Made by a program: the position numbers and the translations under genes
Shown here: piece by piece, positions 51,541 to 60,352 of the stretch
How the letters are laid out: every line of letters starts with the position of its first letter
How positions within the stretch are numbered: position 1 is the first letter of the stretch
Source: an uncultured bacterium
Lineage (GTDB): Bacteria; Krumholzibacteriota; Krumholzibacteriia; Krumholzibacteriales; Krumholzibacteriaceae
DNA length: 64,000 nt
Assembly: GCA_963747385.1 (NCBI GenBank)
Contig: CAVVEY010000007.1
Location: forward strand, 393,050 to 457,049
Reading direction: 5' to 3'
Notes under the pieces: model-generated
The model's input: only the letters and a program-made list of their open reading frames with translations
Told to the model about the DNA's origin: nothing
Databases searched by the model: none

Positions 51541-52853
51541 TGCGAGAGGTTACGATCGTCGGAGGAGGGCTCGCGGGCTCCGAGCTCGCGCTGCAGCTCG
51601 CCGACCGCGGCGTGCGCGTGACGCTCGTCGAGATGCGTCCGGCGGCGCGCACCCCCGCGCATGCGACGGCGGACCTCGCCGAGCTTGTGTGCAGCAATTC
51701 CCTCAAATCGGACGATCCTGAAACGGCGTCGGGGCTCCTGAAGCGAGAGCTTCGCATGATCGGCTGCCGGCTGCTCGAAATCGCGTCAGAGTGCCGGGTA
51801 CGGGCAGGACACGCGCTCGCCGTGGATCGCGAGCAGTTTGCGCGCGCGGTCACGTCTCGAATCGAATCGAATCCGAACATCAGGCTCGATCGCCGCGAGC
51901 AGCGCGATCTCGATCTTCCGCCCTGCTGCGTTATCGCCACCGGCCCGCTGACATCCGACGCGCTTTCGGAAGCTCTGCGCGATCATTTCGCGTCCGATCA
52001 TCTCTACTTCTACGACGCGATTTCCCTCTCCGTGAGCGCCGATTCAATCGATCCGGAGCATGCGTTCAAGGCGTCCCGGTACGGCAAAGGAGGGGACGAT
52101 TACTGGAACATACCTCTGGACGGGGAACAGTACTCGCGGCTTGTCGAATTTCTCCGGAGCTCGCCGAAGGCCGAGAAACACGGTTTCGAGGAAACGCGCT
52201 GCTTCGAGAGCTGTCTTCCCGTCGAGGTGATCGCCGCGCGCGGGGAGGACGCCTTGCGCTTCGGCCCGCTCAAACCGAAAGGCCTCGTCGATCCGAGGAC
52301 GGGACGCGAGCCGTACGCGGCGATGCAGATGCGGCAGGAAACGCACGACGGCACGCTTTTCGGTCTCGTCGGATTTCAGACGCGGCTGACGCGCGGAGCG
52401 CAGCAGGAACTCCTGGCCGTTATTCCCGGGTTTCGCTCCCCCGAGATCCTTCGCTGGGGATCGGTGCACCGGAACACGTTCTTCGATTCGCCGAGGCTTC
52501 TGGACGAGACCCAGATGTCGCGCAAACGACCGGGGCTCTTCTTCGCCGGGCAGATTGTCGGCGTCGAAGGGTACATGGAATCGATGGCGCACGGCGCCAT
52601 CGTCGCCCGCAACGTCGCGCGCTATATCGAGGGAGAGCAGCCGGCGCCCCTCTTCCCGCGGGAGACGCTTCTCGGTTCGCTCCAGCGGCACTGCAGCGAA
52701 GGGAAAGTCCCGTTCCAGCCGATGAACGTCAATTTCGGCATTCTTCCCGCCTTGACCGCCCGCCGCATGGAGCGGAAGAAGCTCTACGTCGAACGATCGT
52801 TGAAAATGCTTGAAACTTTCTTATCCCAAAAGCATTCAACAGGTAAGGCTTGA
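51540..52853 (+). CDS. trmFO: Methylenetetrahydrofolate-tRNA-(uracil54-C5)-methyltransferase TrmFO (Gid)
   Basis: Intact 437 aa. The ATG overlaps the topA stop. VTIVGGGLAGSE, LVCSNSLKS, FFAGQIVGVEGYMESMA, PMNVNFGILP. Confidence 0.9.
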   Translation: MREVTIVGGGLAGSELALQLADRGVRVTLVEMRPAARTPAHATADLAELVCSNSLKSDDPETASGLLKRELRMIGCRLLEIASECRVRAGHALAVDREQFARAVTSRIESNPNIRLDRREQRDLDLPPCCVIATGPLTSDALSEALRDHFASDHLYFYDAISLSVSADSIDPEHAFKASRYGKGGDDYWNIPLDGEQYSRLVEFLRSSPKAEKHGFEETRCFESCLPVEVIAARGEDALRFGPLKPKGLVDPRTGREPYAAMQMRQETHDGTLFGLVGFQTRLTRGAQQELLAVIPGFRSPEILRWGSVHRNTFFDSPRLLDETQMSRKRPGLFFAGQIVGVEGYMESMAHGAIVARNVARYIEGEQPAPLFPRETLLGSLQRHCSEGKVPFQPMNVNFGILPALTARRMERKKLYVERSLKMLETFLSQKHSTGKA

Positions 52854-52926
52854 CGACCCCGCGGCATCCCACTAAAATGCCTTCATGGCTCTCGGAGCGC
52901 AACCCTGAGGGGCGAGGAGCACCGTT

Positions 52927-54846
52927 TTGAGGAATTCCATCGGAATAATTCGCATTGGTAACCGCGCGGCGTGCGTTGCCATGGCTTTCATCGCGTTTTC
53001 TTGCGCAAAGAACGAGCCGAAGCTCATACCGACCGGCGTTCTCTTCGGCAACCCCACGAAAACGATGCCGGGCATATCCCCGGATGCGAAGAGGCTTTCA
53101 TACGTCGCCCCGTATAACGGAGTCCTCAATGTCTGGGTGAAAACGATCGGCCGGACGGACGATCGTGCGATCACGCGCGACGCGGACCGTGGAATCACGA
53201 AGTATTTCTGGGCGTACGACAACAAGCATATCCTGTACTTTCAGGATTTGAAAGGGACCGACAACTGGCGGCTCTACGGCGTCGACGTCGATGGCGGGGA
53301 AATCAGCCGATTTTACCCCCTTCGACAGCATAACGGTCGGTATCGTCTCCTACAGCAAGAGATACCCGCACGAGCTCATTATCCAGATGAACAAGGAAAA
53401 TCGCGGCCTCGGCGGATGCGTATCGCCTCGACGTCGAAACGGGAGACCTCGCCATGGTCGCGAAAAACCCCGGCAGCGTGGTGAGGTGGATCGCCGACAA
53501 CGATCTGGTCGTTCGCGGCGCTGTGGCTTCGGGGCCGCAGGGAAGCGCCGATCTCGTCGTGCGGGAGGACGAGAATGCTCCCTGGGTGACGGTGTGCTCA
53601 TGGAATTCAGAGGATCGCATGTCGAGCGGAGCGCTTCGTTTCACGCGCGACGGAAAGGGTATCTATTGTTTCGATGCGCGAGGATTCAACACGGGCAGAC
53701 TCGTCGAGATCGATATCGCCGACGGTTCGGTGACGGTGCTCGCGGAGGATCCGAAGAGCGAGATCGTCTCCGCGTTCTTCCAGGTCGACACGTATGAAAT
53801 GCAGGCCGTCGCGTTCGAGCGCGAGCATATCGAATGGACCATTCTCGACAATTCGCTCCAGAAGCGATTTCGACGCCGTCGCGAAGCTCGATCGGGGGGA
53901 CTTTCGATTCATGGGCACGGACGCGTCCGATTCGACGTGGGTTCTCGGCTTCAACAAGGACGACGGCCCCGTTTCCTTTTACCTCTACGATCGAAGAACG
54001 AAGCAGGGAACGTTTCTTTTCGACGAAATTCCGGACCTGAGGAACTATACGCTCGCGCGCATGGAGCCCGTCTCGTTCAAGGCGAGGGACGGCCTGGAGA
54101 TTCCCGGCTACATCACCTATCCGGCCGGCGATAAACGCGCGAACCTGCCGCTCGTGCTGCTCGTTCGTTCGGACCCGTATACGCGGGATTACTGGGGATT
54201 CAAGCCCGAAGTGCAATGGCTTGCGAATCGCGGGTACGCGTGCCTGCAGATCAACTTTCGAGGGTGTCGGGGATACGGAAAGGATTTTTCGAACGCGGGA
54301 AACAAGGAGTGGGGCGGCGCAATGCAGGACGATCTGGTGGACGGGGTTCGTTGGGCGATCGCTCAAGGTATCGCCAATCCGAAGCGAATGGCGATTTTCG
54401 GAAGCTCGTTCGGGGGATATGCGACGCTCGTCGCCTTGACCTCGACGCCCGATCTTTTCCGCTGCGGCGTCGATATATCGGGGCCGAGCGATCTTCTCGG
54501 CTGGCTGGACGCGAGGACCTCGGGATTCGACGGATACAAATCGTTTTTCTATGCGCTGGTCGGGAATCCGGATACGGAAGCCGATATGTTGAGGTCGCGA
54601 TCCCCGCTGTTTGCCGCGGATCGGATACGATCGCCCCTGCTTATCGTGCAGGGGGGGCGCGACCCGTTCACGCCGAATGCCGACGCGGAACGGATCGTCG
54701 CCGCTCTCAAGAAGAACGGCGTTCCGTGCGAATATGTCTATTTCCCCGATGAGGGACGGGGTATATCGAAACCGCAGAATCGAATGAAATTCGGGGAAAT
54801 CGCCGAACAATTTCTTGCGAAATATCTCGGCGATCGCCGCAGGTGA
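52927..54846 (+). CDS. S9-family prolyl oligopeptidase/dipeptidyl aminopeptidase, lipoprotein-like (three frame breaks)
   Basis: Signal-like VAMAFIAFSC. N-terminal propeller (ISPDAKRLSYVAPYNGVLNVW). Catalytic domain FRGCRGYGKDF, IFGSSFGGY (nucleophile Ser), LLIVQGGRDP, YFPDEGRG. Frames run 1>2>0>1 near 53305, 53410 and 53865. Confidence 0.75.
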
Positions 54847-54901
54847 ACTGCACGGCGGCGCGAGGCCGGACCATCGATTGCCGGAAGAGAAAGGAGCGAA
54901 C

Positions 54902-55784
54902 ATGAAACGGATCGTTCTTGCGGCGATCGCGGTATTCGTCGCCTCGAACGGCGTTCTGCACGCCGATCCCTGGAAGAAATCGGTCGACGCGAATCTCACC
55001 ATGACCCAGAACGCGTATAGCGACAACTGGAGCGGGGGGGAGGTTGGATCGATCTCGTGGGTTTTCAATTCGAACTCGCTTTTCGAACGGCAGTTGAATC
55101 CGAAGCTGAATACCCGGAATACATTGAAGCTCTTCTTCGGTCAGACGCACACCCAGAACGAGGAAACCAAACACTGGGCACGGCCGTTCAAGTCGACCGA
55201 CCGGATCGATTTCGAAACGGTATGGCGTTGCACCCTCGGCGGCTTCGTCGATCCTTTCGCGTCCGGCAGGATCGAGAGCCAATTCCTCGATCAGAGGGAT
55301 CGCGCGAACGAGCGATTCGTCAACCCCGTGCTCTTCACCGAGAGCTTCGGCGTCGCGAAGGTGCTCGCCAAGAGCCGGGAAGCGTGAATGGACGGCGCGC
55401 CTCGGCGGGGCGTTCCGGCAGAATCTCGATCGAGGCATTCCGGACGCGGTGAGCGGAGCGAAGAAGACGGAAACGACCACCGACGGCGGGATTCTCTTCG
55501 TGAGCGATTTCGTATCGCCGCTCGCGGACACCACGATGACGATCACGAGCAGGCTGTCGGTATACGAGGCGTTCTTCTATTCCGAATCGAAGATGCTCGA
55601 AGGCCGGTACAACATGGATTACTGGAAATCCCCCGATATCAACTGGGAAACCATTTTCACGGCGAACATAAACAAGTACCTCATGGTGAACCTCTACGTT
55701 CAATTCCTCTACGACAAGGAGGTCGATCTGGCGGGACGTTTCAAGGAATCCCTGGCGTTGGGGATTACCTACAAGCTCATGTAA
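54902..55784 (+). CDS. DUF3078-like outer-membrane beta-barrel protein (one frame break near 55375)
   Basis: Signal [21 protein letters not shown], then [22 protein letters not shown], typical of DUF3078. It continues in frame 0 ([16 protein letters not shown]...[10 protein letters not shown]). Confidence 0.6.
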
Positions 55785-55824
55785 ATTCCGGATGAAACTG
55801 CTTTCTGATCACGGAGGTGGAGAG

Positions 55825-56274
55825 ATGTTCAAGGAGTTCAAGGAATTCGCCATGCGGGGAAACGTGATCGACATGGCGGTCGGTATTATAATCGGCGTCG
55901 CGTTCGGAGCGATCGTTCAATCGCTCGTGAAGGACGTCATCATGCCGCCGATCGGCATCCTCCTCGGCAACGTCGATTTCGCGAACCTGTTTCTCGTTCT
56001 GAAGCAGGGGGCGATGCCGGGCCCGTACGCTTCGCTCGCGGCTGCGCAGGCGGCCGGCGCGGTTTCCATCAATTACGGCGTTTTCGTGAATACGATCATC
56101 AACTTCCTGATCGTCGCGTTCTGCATCTTCTTCATCATCCGCAGCATGAACAAGTTCAAGAAGCACGAGCCTGCGCCGGCGGCCGAGCCGACGACCAAGG
56201 AATGCAGCTTCTGCTTCACGACGATTCCGATAAAGGCGGTCCGATGCCCGAACTGCACGTCGACCGTGAAGTAG
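55825..56274 (+). CDS. mscL: Large-conductance mechanosensitive channel MscL with C-terminal zinc-ribbon tail
   Basis: GGAGGTGG RBS then ATG 55825. [40 protein letters not shown]. The tail is [22 protein letters not shown]. Confidence 0.9.
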   Translation: MFKEFKEFAMRGNVIDMAVGIIIGVAFGAIVQSLVKDVIMPPIGILLGNVDFANLFLVLKQGAMPGPYASLAAAQAAGAVSINYGVFVNTIINFLIVAFCIFFIIRSMNKFKKHEPAPAAEPTTKECSFCFTTIPIKAVRCPNCTSTVK

Positions 56275-56323
56275 GAGCGGACCGTCCGTGGCGGACGATC
56301 GCGGCGCATGACAGGGTTCGAAG

Positions 56324-57260
56324 GTGATTCTTCAGACTCTCAAGGATTATTTTCTCTACCTCGGCCTCGAGAGGCGGGCTTCCGAGGCGACCATTCGCGC
56401 CTACGAGGGGGATATAACCCAGTTTCTCGATTTTCTGCGCGAGGAGCTTTCCCGTGAAGCCGGTTTCTCCGACGCCGAGGAGCCTCGCCGTGCGGTCGTT
56501 CCTCGGCCGTTTGTCGCGCAACGGCTATTCGAAGCGCAGCATCGCGCGGAAGATCGCTTCGCTCAAGAGCTTCTTCGGTTATTGCATGAAACGGGGTCTG
56601 TGCGCGCACGATCCGACGACGGGCATATCCGCGCCCAAGTTGGGCCGGGATCTTCCCGTATTCGCGAGCGTCTCCGCCATGGATCGCATGATGGAATTGC
56701 CGGCCCTCGACTCCCGAAAAGGCCTGCGCGATCGAGCCGTTCTCGAGCTGCTCTACGGGACGGGGATGCGTCTTTCCGAGCTCGTCGAATGCACGATCGC
56801 ACAGTGCAATTTCATGCAGGGCACGGTCACCGTTCTCGGGAAGAGGAACAAGCAACGGCTGTTGCCGCTCGGCGGCAAGGCCGCCGAATATCTGAAAATC
56901 TATCTGCAGAAGAGATTCGGCGTTCCCGAATCGCTCTGGAGCAGCCGGGAGGGTTTGTACGGCTTCCTCGGCGAGAGCGTCGACGAGCCTCTCATCGCGG
57001 GCAGGGGAAAGGATCCCGTCAGCAGGCGAACGGTCCAGCGAATCGTTCTCAAGTACCTCGAGCACGCGGCGGCGCTGTCACGGATGAGCCCGCATGTTCT
57101 CAGGCACACCTTCGCGACGCATCTTCTCGATGCGGGCGCGGATTTGCGGGCCGTTCAGGAGCTTCTCGGGCACGCGAGTCTCTCAACGACGCAGATTTAC
57201 ACGCACGTCACGACGGAGAGGCTTCGCGAGGTATACGAAAAGGCCCATCCGCGAGCCTGA
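56324..57260 (+). CDS. xerC: Tyrosine recombinase XerC/XerD family (one frame break near 56451)
   Basis: N-terminal SAM-like domain (DYFLYLGLERRASEATIRAYEGDITQF). Catalytic domain RDRAVLELLYGTGMRLSEL, HVLRHTFATHLL, LLGHASLSTTQIYTHV. Frame 2>0 occurs at the T3/C3 run 56448-56453. Confidence 0.8.
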
Positions 57261-57455
57261 AGCGCGCAATTCGCCGTTCGGGACGCGAATGGCCGCGGCG
57301 GCAAAGGAATTCTTGTGCAATTGCCGAAGAGGCATTACGTTATCCATGCGGGAGAGAGTGCCACGCGCCGCTCGAAAGCGACCCCGGAGGCTGGCGATGA
57401 TCAGATAATCGGCGCAGGCGATCCGGCGCGGTACATCCTGTAAGAAGGAGCGTAT

Positions 57456-58382
57456 ATGAAGCTGTCCAAGAAAGATTTCCTTTCCATGCGCGATTATTCG
57501 CGCGAAGAGCTCGATGCGATTCTGAGGCTCTGCGCCGAGCAGAAGCCGCTCGCCAGGGCCTTTCGTCTCCCGCAGACCCATCCGGGGCGCGTGCTCGCGT
57601 GCATCTTTCACAAGCCGAGCCTGAGAACGCGGCTCAGCTTCGAAATCGCGATCCGGCAGCTCGGCGGATCGAGCCTGTTCATCACGGACGCGGAGATCAA
57701 GATCGGGAGCCGCGAAGCTCCGCAGGACGTCGCGAAGGTGCTCTCGCGGTACGTCGACGGGATTATGATACGGACGTTCGACCAGGGACTCGTCGAGGAT
57801 CTCGCCCGGTACGCGGACGTTCCGGTGATCAACGGACTCACCGATCTTCTCCATCCGTGCCAGGTGCTCGGCGACGTTTTCACGGCCGTCGAGCGGTTCG
57901 GATCGATCGAGGGGAAGAAAGTGGTATTCGTGGGAGACGGGAACAACGTGGCGCGGAGCTGGCTCGAGGCGGCCGCGAAGTTCGGATTCAAGTTCGTCCT
58001 CGCCGCTCCCGAAGGTTTCCAGATCGACGATTCGTTCATCGCGTCGGTGCGCGCGGGGCAGAGATTGGATTACGAATGGGTGGCCGATCCACGCGCGGCC
58101 GTTCGCGGGGCCGACGTCGTCTACGCGGACGTATGGACGAGCATGGGGCAGGAAGCCGAGAAGGAAAGGCGCCTCACGGCGTTCAGGAGCTATCAGATCA
58201 ACGACGATCTGATGAAGCTCGCCAACCGTTCCGCGATTTTCATGCATTGCCTGCCCGCGCATCGCGGGGAGGAAGTGACCGACTCGGTCATCGACGGCCC
58301 GCAATCGGTCGTGTTCGAGGAGGCGGAGAACAGGCTTCATATCCAGCGCGCGATCATCGCGCTTCTCGTGCCCGGCGAGTGA
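57456..58382 (+). CDS. argF: Ornithine carbamoyltransferase
   Basis: Intact 308 aa. AAGGAG RBS at 57445-57450. SLRTRLSFE, HPCQVLGD, DVWTSMGQE, HCLPAHRGEE. Confidence 0.9.
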   Translation: MKLSKKDFLSMRDYSREELDAILRLCAEQKPLARAFRLPQTHPGRVLACIFHKPSLRTRLSFEIAIRQLGGSSLFITDAEIKIGSREAPQDVAKVLSRYVDGIMIRTFDQGLVEDLARYADVPVINGLTDLLHPCQVLGDVFTAVERFGSIEGKKVVFVGDGNNVARSWLEAAAKFGFKFVLAAPEGFQIDDSFIASVRAGQRLDYEWVADPRAAVRGADVVYADVWTSMGQEAEKERRLTAFRSYQINDDLMKLANRSAIFMHCLPAHRGEEVTDSVIDGPQSVVFEEAENRLHIQRAIIALLVPGE

Positions 58383-58437
58383 TCGGGAGAAAATTCCAAC
58401 GGACGTGCGGCGCCTCGGCGAGAAAGGGGCTCGAGTG

Positions 58438-59514
58438 ATGTCGGCAGAATAAGCGGGCTACCGCCGCGAGAGTCTTCATCGCGTGCGCCGGGGCGGCGCT
58501 TCTCGCGGCGTGCGCCGTGCAGAAGGATCCGCCGGGCGGTCCGGAGGACAGGATTCCTCCGTCGATCGTCTCGACCGTTCCGCGCGAGGATTCCGCCCGG
58601 CGTCGCGCGCGACGTCGCGCCGGTTTTCTTCTTCAACGAAAAGGTCGACCCCGCGAGCTTCAAGAACAGGATTCTCATTTATCCGCCCGTGGAGTTCGAC
58701 CGGCTCCGCGTGAAAGGGGAACGCCTCGAGATCGCGTTCCGCGGCCTTCTGCCCGAAACGACCTTCTGTATTCTCGTCGGGGCCGGGCATCAGGGATTAC
58801 CACAGCGTCGAGAGCAAGCGCAGCTTCATGCTGTATTTCTCGACGGGGGACTCGATCGCCCGGGGAGAGATATCCGGGATGGTGCTCTTCAAGGAAAAGC
58901 CCGACTCCGCGGGGGTGGCTGAGCTCTTCGAGGTCGCGGGGGATACGGCGATCGACCTGCGCTCGGCGAAACGCTCTCGAGTCGCTTTCGCCGGAAAGGA
59001 CGGAAGATTCGTACTGCGGGCGCTTCCGACCGACGGATCGAGGTTTCTCCTGCGCGCGTTCATCGACGCCGACGGCGACGCGCGTTATTCGGAAGGAAGG
59101 GAGCTCGCCGCGCTCCGGCCCGATACGATCGCGCTCGACAGGCTCCGCCCGATTCGCGAGGACGTTCGCATCGCGATCATCGATCCAAACGAGCCGGGCG
59201 CGGTCGACGGCCGGATCGTCAACGAAACCCCGTTCCGGACCGCTCCGACGGTGCGGCTCGCTCCCGCGGCACGCGGCGTGCTGGCGCTCGCCGCGCGAGC
59301 GGATTCGACGGGAGCCTTTATCCTCTCGCGGGTGCCTCCCGGCTCATATACGGTGAGCGCCTTTATCGACGTCAAGGCCGATTCGATGTGCGGCGTCTAT
59401 TATGAGGCGGCGGATTCGACGCGCGCGTTCAACGAGCCGTGCGTAACGCTTCCCGATACGCTTACGATCAAACCGGGGGAGCGCAGGACGCTCGATTCGA
59501 TAACGCTCAAGTAG
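58438..59514 (+). CDS. Lipoprotein with SbsA-type Ig-like domain and carboxypeptidase-regulatory-like domain (three frame breaks; start uncertain)
   Basis: MSAE|NKRATAARVFIACAGAALLAACAVQKD has a lipobox (LLAAC). Then PPSIVSTVPREDSAGVARDVAPVFFFNEKVDPASF and GAFILSRVPPGSYTVSAFID. Frame switches lie near 58448, 58597 and 58786. TAG stop at 59512-59514. Confidence 0.5.
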
Positions 59515-59526
59515 AGGGCGGATGGC

Positions 59527-60352
59527 ATGGAACTGTCATTCACGAAGATGCACGGCGCCGGCAACGATTTTCTCGTGATCGACGACATGGATGGGCGATG
59601 CCGCCTCTCGGCGGAAGCGATCGCGGGGATGTGCTCGAGGCGCCGCGGCGTCGGAGGAGACGGGCTGATTCTCATACGTCCCGGCGAAAACGGCCGCTTC
59701 GCGATGCGCTATTACAACAGCGACGGGGGAGAGGCCGACATGTGCGGAAACGGCGCCCGTTGCGCCGCCGCGTTCGCGTTCGAGGCCGGGATCGCCGGCC
59801 GGACGATGTCATTCGAAACCCGTTCGGGGATCGTGGGCGCGGAGATTATGGAAGAGGGAGTCCGCGTCTCCATAGGCGACGTGCGCGCCCTGAAGCTCGA
59901 CATGAAGATCGCGGCGACGGAGCTTCCGGTCCATTACGGCGTCTGCGGCGTTCCGCACGCCGTGATCGTCGTCGAGGACGTCCGCGCGCTTTCGCATGAC
60001 GAGTTCGTGCGTTTCGCGGCCCGCGTGCGCGAGCGATGGGGCTTTCGGCGGGGCGGGGGCGAACGTCAATATCGTCGCGATCTCCGATCGCCGGCGATGC
60101 GCGTATCGAACGTACGAACGCGGCGTCGAGGACGAGACCGAGGCGTGCGGTACGGGAGCCGTCGTGATCGCGGCGGTCATCGCGCATCTCGGACTCGGCG
60201 ATCCCCCGATCCGCTGCAGGACATGGGGCAACGATATCCTCGACGTCGCTCTCGAGAAGACTCGTGACGGCGCCGTCGGCTGCATGCTCACGGGCCCCGT
60301 CGCCGTTTCGTTCCGCGGGACGTATCGCATCGAGGACTGCGAGCGTCCATGA
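59527..60352 (+). CDS. dapF: Diaminopimelate epimerase (one frame break near 60035)
   Basis: FTKMHGAGNDFLVID, GGDGLILI, YNSDGGEADMCGNGARC (first catalytic Cys). It continues in frame 2 with ANVNIV...YERGVEDETEACGTGA (second Cys). The stop overlaps the next start (ATGA at 60349-60352). Confidence 0.85.
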
